63,257 nucleotides of DNA, filler included, from Polymyxa betae A26-41 (GCA_003693705.1; 6 parts of 6 records of this genome joined end to end with filler, not necessarily neighbours in it), one strand, 5' to 3'; positions 37,066 to 49,401 are shown, counted from the whole stretch's first letter. The notes: a model not told the origin generated them from the sequence alone. Program-made: numbers and translations.

Positions 37066-40000
37066 ATGGCTACTATGATGACGACGTCGAAGTCTGAAGG
37101 TGAACCTCTTTATGATGACGAAATCGTTTACGATTACGAAACTCCGACAGAAGAAGACGGAGTGACAGGCCGAGGCTCTGTCGAAGTCGAAGAAGATGAA
37201 CTCAGTCCGCCTTCGCCGGCAAATACTGATGATGATGATGTTGGCAATGACGGCAGTCTTGCCCAACAATGAAGAAATGGTGGCTAATCATGGCCGCCAG
37301 ATGACAGATGACCGTCACCGAAACGTAGCCTCCGGCAATCTTGCCGTGGTTGAAACGAATCGGGCCCCGCTACTACGGAAGCTGGATCGCAAGGCGATCC
37401 TAAGATTCGTCGACAGCCAGGATCGGTACATCCGCAACTTTTGGGATGCTAATACCGCAGGTAATCCTCGATCTTTGGTCTCGATGATCTAGACGACGGT
37501 GTTAGAAACCATTTGCGAGTGTGACATCTTTGTCGAAGTCGAGAATGTCATAGATGACGATATCGAAGCTTGGATTGACCAAGCTTTGAGGGATGACCGC
37601 GCGCAGGATTCTTAAATTGAGAAAAAGATGAAGAAGTTGAAGATGGATTTGAAGATCGATTCTCAAGGCCTGCGGGTCACGGATCTCTATGTGTAATGAA
37701 TAAAATTGTCAAACAAAATGGATGGAATCATCTGTTTGAGGATGAAGATAGAAAAAGATGAAAGTTCGGTTCTTAACCAACGAAATCGAGCCAAAAGAAT
37801 TGAAGACAATTATAAAAAATAAGATGAGATTGGAGCCGAAGTTTGCAAAAAAGCCCGTCGCCTTTATGGCATTTTTGCCTCGAAAAGGCTATAAATCATC
37901 AAGAAACGCGCACCCTGAAAAACGATGAAGATGACAAGAAGAACAGTATGCGTAGGCGCGGCCGAAATGATGATAAGGAGCCCGGAGACATGAAGAAGGC
38001 GAAAGGCGACAAATCAGACCGGTCACAATTGAAGTGTTTCAACTGTGGTAAATACGGCCATGCAGCCTTCCAGTGCCCAGAAAAAGGCAGCGCATCGGGC
38101 CGGTCCCGTTGAAGTGTCTAACTGTGGTAAGTTCGGCCATGCAGCCTTCAAGTGCCCAGAAGGCCTCTCCAAGGAGGAGGTATACAAGTTGTTGAAGAAG
38201 CACGATAATACATTTAAGAAGAATTCCAACTACTTGATGATCTGTAGAATTGGTAGAAACCCAGACGCAACCCGGCAAATAGATGTGAAAATTAGTGAGG
38301 GCATGTACGTCCCTGGTATACTTGATAGTGGAGCCACGGACATTTCGCTGATCCCGTTAAGGATAGCACAGATTGCGATGCGGAACGACCCGTCAATCAA
38401 GAAAGAGCGGCTGAGAGAGCCGATTCGACTTCGACTAGGTGATAATAGAACAGAGGTTGAAGCCACGGAGTGCATAACACTCGATATCGGGCTGCGCACA
38501 AAGGCCGGTGAAATTATCACGAGACAGCGAAAATGCCTGATTTGGGACGTTCCCCGTGAAGAAATTATACTCGGGGGTGACCTACTAGAGGAACTCGGAA
38601 TCGAGCCAAAAACTGCGCTCGACGCATTAATTGTGAGAAAACGGGCCAAGATAGATGATAATAAGGTCACAGAAGAAGTAGATAATAAAGAAGAAAAAGA
38701 ACGCGATGATTTCGACGGCTTTGAAGAGATGGTGATAAAAGCTCCATCAGACGTTGAAGAAATCGAAGACGGCTTGAGTAATTTGATAGAAGCCGCTAGA
38801 CGAAACGGCTTACCAGAAGAATGGACGGGACAGTTAAACCGGCTTGTCCAAAAATATCGAGATGTATGGCGCGTAACACTAGGTCCCGATGCCCCCGCAA
38901 AGGTTACACCATTTGTCACCCGCCTGGTACCAAACGCAAGAGAGGATAGATGTCCATATCGGAGGTACAGCACAGAACACAGTAAATTTCTAAGACAGTT
39001 TATTGAAGAACTAGAAACAAATGGCCTGGTAGAAAAAAACCATAAATCGGAATGGGCTTCTCCAGTCGTTGTGGTGAAGAAACCTGACGGAAGTAGAAGA
39101 ATGTGCGTCGATCTGAGAGGGGTCAATGCACTATCTGAAAGTACAGCATGGCCGATGCCATTTTTGGAAGCGATTGTTAACAACTTGGCTGGGTCGAAAT
39201 GCTGGTTAAATTAGACGCATTTAAAGGCTTCTGGATGATGCCATTAGCAGCGTTGCGAGGCAAGTTAAATTTTCTAAATATGGATGGAGCCCGCAACATG
39301 CTCTCGCTTTCGAACAACTGAAGACGGATATCGCTAACAATGTAAAAACTAGCGTATCCAAGAGATGACATGGTGCAGTGCATGTTCACCGATGCCAACG
39401 AGTCTAGTACCTCCGGAATGGTAACTCAGATTCCAAGTGATGATATAAATAAACCAGTATCATTACAGAGGCACGAACCATTAGGTTTTGTAGGTCACCG
39501 GTTCAATAAATGCGAAATGCACTGGAGCGTTGCCGAGAATTTGAAGGATTCGCTATTAAGGATACGATGGAGAAGTTGGATTATTTATTACAGATGAAAC
39601 GACCATTCAAGCTATTCTGTGATCATAAAAATCTCATACAGATTTTTTCACCTACGAATGTGTCTAATCCAACAGCGCAGAAGTTACAAAGATGGGCCCT
39701 CTATATGCTGCGATTTCAATATCAAATCGAGCATATCAAAGGAGAAGACAACATATGGGCCGACTTGATGACCAGATGGGGAGCGAAACGCGTCTAGCTA
39801 AAATTCGCACTGCGCCCAGCGGCGGTGGGCTGCGCCCGCATATAAAAATGTGCGCACCCTATTTCTCACAATGTTTGTGCTCTCTTTTTTTCGAATACCG
39901 TACCGGTAAATTTTAGGAAATACACAGCCTCGGAACCCCCAGAGGACATGTCAGAGTGATCGAAGGTGTCATTTATCGCGAAATTGGCAGAGCATGAACC

Positions 40001-42406
40001 GTCATTTATCTTATTTTTCAACTAATTATGAGAAATTTCGAATAAGATCGCTACTGGAATTGATATCACAAGAACAAGAATGAAAGCGAAGTGACGTCTC
40101 CATTAAATATTAGTAACTGGCAGTTTGTTTATGGAGATCCTACAATTCCGGACACGACTGCCCAAGTGGAAGCTTTCCACAACTTTCTGAAGAATGTTTG
40201 CCAGACTGGTAAAGGAAATCGCTACATGCACAAATTTATCCGGACTTTAATGTCACTTGAGGAGAATTACTGGATTATAGGCTCAATAATTTGCTTAAAT
40301 GTTCAGTTGATGAGAGAATTATAAGGAACCAAAATGCTTAATCTCTAAAGCTACCGAGCTGGATGTTGCGGCAATGTAAAAAATTCAAGTCCGTTTTAAG
40401 AATGAGAATTGACCAAATTGAACAATTCCTTTTCTCTTCGGAAACTATTTTACCTGATTCGCAATGTCTAGTCCGAGTTCATTAATCATGTTGTATCGGA
40501 TCAAAAATCTACTAAGGACGGAGTTTGTGCATGACTCGATTGTTCTCCGTTAGACAATGAAGAAGACAATCAAGGAAATTGAAATCGACGAATGGGACAT
40601 TCAACCATGTAATAAATTCGAAATCTACTACAATCGAAGAGAAATATCTCATTCGACTTCTCTGAAATTGAGATACGTTTTTATTTTATTTAAATATTTA
40701 GCTTACTGAGCGGACGCAGAAATACAATTTTTTGCGAGAAAGGACCAGAAGCAAAGGGGAAAGAGAGAGCGCACTTGTTTGAATGAGGGACGCAGCCCAC
40801 CGCTGCTCGGCGCACTGCGAATTTTAGCTAGACGCGAGCGAAACCAGTCGACGAAAAAATAGGCGCTACGCCAAGGATAGTCCGTAGAGTGCGAGCGATA
40901 ACGATCCCAGACGAACAGAGGATAAGGCCATTACAGAGCCCTGATTTCATATGGCCTACTATAGAAGAAATACAGAAAATACAGAAGAGATGGCTGCCAG
41001 CTAGGAGCGGCCAGAATTATAATGAAAATGGTTTACTAATCACTGACAAGAAAAAAGTCATAATTCCGTTATAAGCAGAAGACCTCCGATGTCGATTATG
41101 TATTATTTCGCATGCTTGAAGCAATAGTGGACACCTTGGGTACCAAGCGAGTACGCAGAAGTTGACGCAGTTTTTCTACTGGAAGAACTGTACTGAAGAC
41201 ATCAAAGCAATCTGCAACTCGTGTCTGCATTGCCTGCCGACTAGAGGAGGGGTACGGATTCCACGACCTTTAGGCACCCAGGTCCATGGACAGCAACCAA
41301 ACAATGTATTACATATGGACTGGATTTATATATGGCCAATGAAGAAGAATGGCATTCATGAATACCAGTGGAATCTAATCTTGAGTGATGACCTATCAGG
41401 AATGATAAAGATAACCCCCGCAAAAATTCCTGATACATTCGTGACTGTAGAAGCACTGATGGAGTGGACGGCCCTGTTTGGAGTACCGAAACTTTTTGTC
41501 TCTGACATGGCTTCCTACTCTGTCTCGACGACGATGAAAGAGTTTGCCGGAAGATGTAATATGCAGCAGCATATCACCACGGCATACGGACACTATAACA
41601 ATGGGACAATAGAGGTTATCAATAAAAATTATTTAGCCTTAATACGAGCCCTGTTGTCGGAGCTCAGATGGGAGAAGGAATACTGGCCCTGGTTAAATCG
41701 TAATGTAGAACATACGATAAATCATCGAGGACAGAGCCGCTTGAACGGCCATGCGCCAGTTACCGTGATGACTGGATTGAAACCAGACAATCAATTTGAT
41801 GAAATTGTTAGATGTCCCAGTACGACGCAGTTTTCCAAAAACCCCGTGGAAAAACCTTTTATACAGAAGAAAATTGAAGAACTGCGAAGTGTGCTAGAAG
41901 AAATGCATAAAGCAGTTACAGAAACATCCGAAAAACAGAGCACTTTGAAGAAGACTCAGAAGAAATACAGAAGAGAACGAAATTTTGGAGTAGGAGATTA
42001 CGTCCTAGTTGGAGTACCAGAACCGACAAAAATGGCAGGACGAAAACTGTTCTTGAAATGGCGAGGTCCATATCGGATCAGTGACAGTGACGATAATTAT
42101 ATGTTCGAAGTAGAAAATATTATCGATCACAGTAAAAGACGGGTCCATGGCGACCGAATCCAGCTATATGCAGATGATAAGTTAAATGTCACAGAGGAAA
42201 TAAAAAAACAGTTTGCCCATGACAATGAATCATATCAAGTAAATGATTTTATTAACTGCAGACTTAACACAGAAAGCGGGCAACTAGAGTTGCTGGTCGA
42301 ATGGAAAGGATTTACAGAAGATGAGAATTCTTGGGAACCGCTGAAGATTTTGTTTGAAGACGTCCCCGAATTAGTGAAGAAATATCTGAAGAAATTTATA
42401 AGATGA
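37066..42406 (+). mobile_element. Decayed Ty3/Gypsy chromovirus internal region: Gag, zinc knuckles, protease, partial RT, RNase H, integrase, chromodomain
   Basis: CFNCGKYGHAAFQC (locally duplicated), ILDSGA, WASPVVVVKK..RMCVDLR, FTDA, CDHKNL, WADLMTRW, integrase core and LLVEWKGF..ENSWEP. Multiple stops, an RT deletion and a MULE insertion. Confidence 0.92.
39790..40835. mobile_element. Non-autonomous Mutator (MULE) element, 1046 bp
   Basis: TIRs of about 70 bp starting GCGTCTAGCTAAAATTCGCA. Perfect 9-bp TSD GAGCGAAAC (39781-39789, 40836-40844). Internal W......TT..VEAFH..LK transposase remnant. Confidence 0.92.
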
Positions 42407-44076
42407 GAAAAGTGCGTGCGCAGAAGAAGTTGATGACTTTGTTAGAAGTATTTCCAAAAAGTCTAACTGAAAATCTACTATTGATTCCAAGCTTTTATCC
42501 CATTGGGTTTTAACGCGGAATTATAGCAAATGATCAGTAAGTAATAGATTGAGGTAATGAGATGACTTGAAAAGATGATAATATTTAAAAAAAAACACGA
42601 ATTTTATGAAGATTCAGAGGACCCTTATAAATGAAATCGATGAGCGCTATGAAGACTTTGGACGACCTTGACGGAAATTGATGATCAGATCTGATAAAAT
42701 GTTGACTCCATGATGGCTAATGTTTGATGTTTGATGAATGTTAGAAGACATGACGAACATAATTAGATGAACGCTGATGATTCAGGGTCCAGGTAAAAAA
42801 ACCCTCAAACCCTAAACGAAATATTTTTCTTCAAGGACAGACGAGATTTTGAGGAGGGTGTGAAAAACATGAAGAGGAAAGAACCCAATAACTCCGTAGG
42901 CGACTACGAGCTACCGTCTTCCCCCGCACATAGCGCACATGCGTTATATTCAAGGGACGTTTTTTTCTTCGATTGTCGATTCGATGGTGATTCCCTTGAG
43001 TATAACGCATATGCTTAATATTCGAGGGAGGTTAAGATGTGCGTTCTGCTCAAGGAAAGACCGTAATCACATGGCACCGGTTGCAGTGCGCTATATTGAA
43101 ATATCTTCTTATGATCTGAAAGTTAATTATAGCATTTCATTAAATATACTCAAAACAATTTTTCAATTCATTAAATGAATGAAAATATCAGGCTTTAACA
43201 GCCCAGCAGCCTATATAATGTCCAAACCGACTTCCTGGTTATCGTCCAGTGGAGCTCCATACTCCCATTTAAGTCCTTGTTCGGGGTCTTGGGCTAAAAC
43301 CTGTATAATTTGAAAAAAATACTGGTTTTTATGATTAGATACCGTAGACTCTCATATAATTGATATTTTTATAACTGACTAGTCATTCACAGTCCGTTCG
43401 GGATCGAACGGACTTTCTAGTCCACAATTGGGTGTTGGGGTCTTGTGGCACTTGACATCTTAACTCGACACATTTGTTAGTAGCCACGGATATTTGGATC
43501 TATCCTCCAGTTTGACCTGAAATTCGATAATATATGCAATATTCGATAGATCTCATCGAAAGGAATCGAGTGGTGCACCCAGAATTTTGTTTGACAGCAA
43601 TGTCGTGTGACTGTTTCTTGAAACATCCACTGCCAGTGCTCAATCCATCTGCACTTTTTGGTTAAAGACAACCACGCACATTGTGCTGTCGATGCGCACT
43701 TAAGTTGCGGAGCCTTCGAGCTCGTAAAATGCGAGGGTCTCTCCTAACGCTATTGATAATGCCTCCGCCAAAGAAGCCAGATCAAATTCCATACCCAAAT
43801 ACAGATTTTGCGTCGTAGCACAGAATCGTTTTGCGGAATCACTTTCGAATTCAATTGAAAAAATTGTGTCGAGTGCAGACGTTTGTACCATACGACCTTG
43901 TTTTTATTCACATTTGAGGGCTTTGATGTTGTCAAGACGAAAGATTCGATGTTCGATGAAGGCGCTCGCTGCGATTTCCGCCTGCCTGCGGGGCGCCGTC
44001 GCCTGGCTTGCAGCATCTTCGTGGCCTAGACATGCAGTCGTCGTAACGTCTCAATTTAAAACAAAACATTATTCAG

Positions 44077-44167
44077 ACCCCTAATAAAGACCCCTAAGAG
44101 AACCCCTAAAAGAACCCTTAAAAAAACCCCTCAAAGGCCCCAAAAAATTCCCTAAAGACCCCTAAAT
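44077..44167 (+). repeat. Degenerate CCCCTAA(A) repeat tract
   Basis: About eight imperfect units spaced roughly 11-13 nt apart. Confidence 0.6.
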
Positions 44168-45149
44168 GTCGGAACGACGGCTGTCACGATATCATGCGGA
44201 ACCGCAAAACCGTCTCAGTATAGCGACTGAGCAGTTAGCCATTCGCCAACGCGGATTTTGGGTTTCCGCAAAGCGATGTGACCCCAGTCCGATCTCTTTG
44301 GTGAGGCTACGGGGACTCTCGTAGTTCCCCCCTCCGAATCGACCAAAGCCTCCAACCTCGCTCGATTACACACCCGCAAACGCGGGTACCCTTGTGATGG
44401 GCTTCCCGTTGTCACCCCCGAACGAAGCCACTATCGGCGATTATATCCTATCAATATTTGGCGAATTTCCATTTTCCAGTGTTGCGTAATATCATGCTGG
44501 CCGGAATCATGCTGGTCGTTGGGGTCTGCCAAATCGCTCGAAAAAAACAGGACTTTCCAGAGTTTTTCGAACGAAATACGTGGTTGCACCCTCGATCATT
44601 AATCATTATTATGTCACTATTGGAAGGACGTTAGCTGGCACTGTCTGCGAAACCCTACGTTTGCAATATTCATATTTCGCTCTTAGTCAAACATTGTAAG
44701 AGTTTGGGTGACGCCGTCGATCAGTTTCGATGTTTTCCATATCCACGCACCTTATGATACATTAGTGGTAAAAAATTGTGGCCGAGGCCAATACGACCCT
44801 CTGTGGCGCGGCCCGTGACGGTCCCCGTCCTGCCAATGGTTTTTGACTGGCCCCGGACGCCAAGTCCTTATGGCTAGACAGGGGCCCAGTCCAGCTGACG
44901 ACTGGCCATGATGCGGATGCGATTTAACTCGGCTGGGCCCCTCTGTCCAGACCACGACTGGCGCCCTGTCAAAAATTAAAAACCTTATTTTCTTTAGCAA
45001 CTGGTCTGAACACTCAGTGACATTGGCCGAACTGGCTCTTAAAGATTGTGCCCACGCAACTCCTGTTAAAAGGGAACTTATCTTGTTTCAACAGTAACCT
45101 AAAGTCCGTGAAAATCTGTGACACGGGCAGTTTTGACTCTTTTGGAGGG

Positions 45150-45700
45150 TGCCCGTGCATCTCAGTTTGTGAAAAAAAGAATTTGCATTTTTTCAAGTGT
45201 AACGTAATTTTGGGTGGTACTCGCCCGCACTGCAACCTCCTCCCGATCATACCACCCCAGTGGCGAATTTTGTTTTTGTTTTTTGAGTGTAACGAAAAGC
45301 CGGCGGCGGACTCCATGACACGGGCCGTACTGACACATTTGGACGGTGTCCGTGCAACGCCTCTCGAGAAAAGAGGAATTTGCATTTTTCAAGTGTAACG
45401 TAGAAATGGGTCGTACATGACCGCGCTGCAGCCTCCTCCCGATCATACCACCCCAATGACGAACTTTTCAGTTTTTGAGTGTAACGTAAAATCCGTGGCG
45501 GACTCCTTGACACCTGCCGCACTTACAGACTGTGTCCGTGCAACTTTTCTCTTGAAAAGAAAAAGATTAGCATTTTTCAAGTGTAACGTAAGGATGGGTC
45601 GTACTCGCCCGCGTCCCGATCATACCGTACCCCAATGACAAACTTTTTTTTTCAGTGTAACGTAAAGTCCGCGACGGAGTCCGTGACCAGGTCGTACCGC
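45150..45700 (+). repeat. Tandem minisatellite, three units of about 190 bp
   Basis: GCATTTTTCAAGTGTAACGTA...CCCGATCATACC...GAGTGTAACG recurs three times. Confidence 0.85.
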
Positions 45701-46002
45701 CGCTTCCCAGTCGCCATAACGACAGATGCGGTACAATTTTTTTCAAGGGGGTGGGCGCGGCCTGACCAATGCGGACGCAAGCTCGCACGACTATTAATCC
45801 CCCGGCGGGCCGGTTCGTCGTACGCCCCCGCGCGCAACCCCGTTGCCCCCTGGGCGCCGTACTCCCCCGTCACGGACCCCGCCACGGAGTCCGCTAAGCG
45901 AAACGTTGCCCAAGTCGCCCGACGACTGGCCCCAGTCGCCGACCTGACTGGGCCCAGTCGCTGGCGCGACAGGGCGCTCAAACACTATTTTCTTTATAAT
46001 GT

Positions 46003-46265
46003 AATTCTCGCTTCTAACTGATAGGGAAGTCCCCCGACAGGCGTTCTATGACTTATATCTGATATTGATAATATAATTATTCGCTTATACTTAATACAAA
46101 ACCCGTCCACCGACTCTTAAAATTGTATGAAATTTGTTTTTTTATAGTAACTAATTCTCGCTTATAATCGATTGGAATCGCGTCCACAGACATGCGTTCT
46201 ATGGCTTATAACTGATATTTATAATTGATACTAGCTTATAACTGATACAAAACCCCTCCACCGGC
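46003..46265 (+). repeat. Two AT-rich tandem units with a period of about 150 bp
   Basis: TAATTCTCGCTT...GCGTTCTATG.CTTAT...ATACAAAACCC.TCCACCG at 46003 and 46152. Confidence 0.8.
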
Positions 46266-47029
46266 CGTATCAGTTATATGAGAGTCTGGGGTAGTACAAA
46301 ATTTCTGCCTTTTTTGAAAACTTTGAGGGGCTGGTTCAAGTGTGACAAAATGCGTGGAATAAGTGCGCAATAAAGGAAAATGCGGTTGAAAAGTGCAGCG
46401 GGCGGAAAATGCGGCAGCAGAGTTTTAAAGGGCTGCGCCAGGGTTGCGCCCACTGGGAGTTGCATTCTCTGCAATTTCTCCATTTCTGGGCGTCAGCCAT
46501 GTCGACTGAATCGGTCCCGAAACTAGCTCCTTCCACTCCGTCAGCCATGGGACGAACAAGCGGGCAAGAGGGCGACCATCTAAATTGCTGAAGCATTTTG
46601 CTACCGGAAACTGTGGATATCGATAGAATCTCTACGAGAAATTGATGTTCGATAGGCCCGACCATTACAAATTGGAAGCGAGCTCAGTTACCATTTGGGC
46701 AGCCCCGGAACTCAAATGAGCAATGGCATTCATTAGAGCATTAAGACTACCAACAATTCCAGCAATAGCTTCGTTTGATAATGACATCCCCCAGACGATA
46801 GCCAGAGAAATTGCGGCGGAAAATGCGGGACGGGCAACCTGATTGGTGGAATGGAAAATTCCGGTGAATTGCGCATGCGCATTTATTCCACTTGGACCAG
46901 CCTCTGAATAGACCGCATTGTAGTTACTCCCTTGAATACTGCGCACGCCACGCAGTTTTCGAATAGAGCACACATGTGCGGTCTCTTCATAAAGAGCGTA
47001 CAGTGCGCTCTATGTGGGGGAAGACGGTA

Positions 47030-47150
47030 GTAGGCGATCCAGAGCCTGCGAAATCTAGAGGACAGAAATTATTTCTGAAATGGAGAGGACCATTCAGAAT
47101 AACGGATACAGAGGAGAATTACATTTTCGAGGTTGAGAATATTTTGGATT
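47030..47150 (+). pseudogene. Short Gypsy integrase C-terminal fragment
   Basis: GQKLFLKWRGPFRITDTEENYIFEVENI, paralogous to 42038-42122. Confidence 0.8.
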
Positions 47151-47289
47151 AACAGAGGACGGACTGAGCTGAATGAAGCTGGGATTCGAGCTGAAAATGA
47201 AACACAATTCATTATCACTGATTGAAGTGCTGCCGATTTTTGTAGCAACTTTATCGCGATCTGACGAAACCGCTCTACCGCCGGCGATT

Positions 47290-47917
47290 ACAAAAAATCT
47301 TCGCTCATTGCCACGACACCAGCGGGTACCATATTTTGCCTTCAAATCCTTGACTGCCGGGCTTCTTGCAAGATTTCTGACCACTCACGCCACAAATCGA
47401 TAACCGACCGGATACCCCTGCTCATTTTGTAAGCAGGCGGCTGGCAAATGCTTTTTTCGTGCTCGTCTGTCGCACTCGACGTAATGCACTCCCGATCTTG
47501 AGATAATGCAGCGGTGTCAATTGAAACACGAACAATATCATCTTGATCCCGTTGCATATCCCATCAGCATTGATGGATATCTGACCTCTACCTTGATAGC
47601 AAGTCGTTAATGCTGTCACGTGATGTGGCCAGTGTCTGAGCCACGGGACCGATGAATGCCGTTACTGCAGTTTTCATATCCATATGCAGAGCATCAACCT
47701 TTTCAGCTAATGCTGGCATGGCAAGCTCGTTAGGATCGCCTGATTTAACCTTTGTGAGAACTCTTGGTAGAGCTCGGAAGCAAAAATCCCATGATTCCAA
47801 ATCGGGTGGTCGGGAAGCATAGCTGTCATTAAAACCGAATCTTGAAGAAATACTGTCCTGGATCTTGTGAGAGACTCGAGAAATCCCTGGGATGAAACTG
47901 AGCCTTTTGTGTCGTTG
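47290..47917 (-). pseudogene. Crypton/NDC10-like element remnant with GCR1_C domain
   Basis: YKMSRGIRSVIDLWREW...PAVKDL..KYG..W...ERRFF, preceded by QDS....P....W. Confidence 0.7.
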
Positions 47918-48280
47918 GTCTCCTACGTGAACAAAGGCTCGACAATTGAGAATGCACGATTGCATTATGATTTATAGAATTAGATTCCAGGCCCCACGTT
48001 CAATTCCAGGCCGGCCAGCTGAGTCAATCGATGCTAATGATTGATCAGTGACATTTATCCATCTGAAGGTCACCGTGGAGAACCCTATTGTGACAGGGGA
48101 GTCCCGAAAGGGCCAAATCGTCACTGGGCACTGGCGGCAGAAACTGCGTGAGTCACCGTCTGGCCTCCGGAAGCCCGGAATTACCCTGGCCGGCCTGGAC
48201 TAGACCTTGGGGCCTGGATTCTAAAACTACTAAATCATAATTCAATTGTGCTCTCAATTGTCAAGCCTTTGTTCACGTAG
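47918..48280. mobile_element. Non-autonomous element with about 100-bp TIRs and a hairpin-rich interior
   Basis: 47918-48018 is an imperfect reverse complement of 48186-48280 and of 36566-36665. Confidence 0.8.
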
Positions 48281-48444
48281 TAGAGCGGATTCTTCAGATC
48301 GCGATTTCAGGCTACTGCAAAATCTGGCAGCACTTCGGTCTGATCGTAATGAATTGTGTTTTATTTCCAGCTCGAGTCCCAGATTCATTCAGCTTAGTCC
48401 GTTCGGACACCGTACGGACCTCTGAGGAATCGAGCCCATTATTA

Positions 48445-49059
48445 TTAAAGTAGGTCATCATACTTCATCAAGGTTCGCATCTTTAGTACATCCGGTACGT
48501 GAACAAGTGCCCTCGCTCCGAGCAGCGGTAGCTGACTGAAACCACGCTTAGGGTTCCATAGCATTAGAATCGGCGTCATCATATCCGGGTTAGATACCGT
48601 CGACGTCCGGTTCCGGATATAGCTCGCCATCGCAGTCGCATACTGCCAATATTGATGTCCTAAACCAGCGTCAATCAAAAGACGCCGGGTCATCTCCATA
48701 ATTGTCCGATTTAGTCGTTCAGCACGACCGTTTTTCTGAGGTGTCCGCTGCGCTGTATGCTCCCAGCAATGCCCTTCAGATTCAAATAATCACGGGACTT
48801 GTTGGTAGCATACTCGCCGCCACCGTCAGACCGCAAACACCGAACCTTCACTCCGGCCTGTCGCTCAAACGCAGCCTTGAACACTTTGAGTTCCTTCAAC
48901 AGTTGCGACTTCTTGAGAAAGCTCACATGAATCCATCCAGTAGCGCCGTCCAAATATGTAACCAAATAAAAGTTCCCCTGTAACGAACGCGTCCGCATCG
49001 GTCCACAAAGATCGCTGTGAATGAGGTCGCCCGGCTTCGTAGAGCGCTGATTTGCCTTC
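48445..49059 (-). pseudogene. Ty1/Copia integrase fragment
   Basis: LIHSDLCGPM...LRSDGGGEY...LNRTIMEMTR..L......W..A...A.YIRNR. Confidence 0.9.
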
Positions 49060-49301
49060 TGTATCAACTTATATTTTTTCCTAATGAAGTAATAAATACT
49101 GTGTCACAGCGCACAATTTAAACCAGATTGCGATACTTCGCAAATGGTAACATAAGGGTTTCAAGTCAAGACCGCCGGAAGCTGAAGGCCCCCAAGCCCT
49201 GAATAACGTTCCGTCGGACATGCGTCACGGACATGCGTCACGGACCGCGGAACTACCCTGGAAGAATTACAGTGTGATTAAAACAGCATTACGATTTCAC
49301 A
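49060..49301 (+). repeat. Second copy of the non-coding segment downstream of the PIF1-like helicase
   Basis: 49060-49208 is a near-identical reverse complement of 22400-22548. Confidence 0.9.
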
Positions 49302-49401
49302 NNNNNNNNNNNNNNNNNNNNNNNNNNNNNNNNNNNNNNNNNNNNTTAATTAATTAANNNNNNNNNNNNNNNNNNNNNNNNNNNNNNNNNNNNNNNNNNN
49401 N

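Larger units (their letters stand above)
42914..47027. mobile_element. Tc1/mariner-pogo-like TIR pair with TA flanks enclosing 4.1 kb without an intact transposase
   Basis: TA|CCGTCTTCCCCCGCACATAGCGCAC ... GTGCGCTCTATGTGGGGGAAGACGG|TA. Confidence 0.65.

Noticed and set aside
38230-39183. 317-aa minus-strand ORF
   Set aside because: Ser/Ile-rich antisense of the Gypsy pol.
45150-45700. CRISPR-like array
   Set aside because: Whole units are homologous, with no unique spacers, no cas genes and a eukaryotic context.
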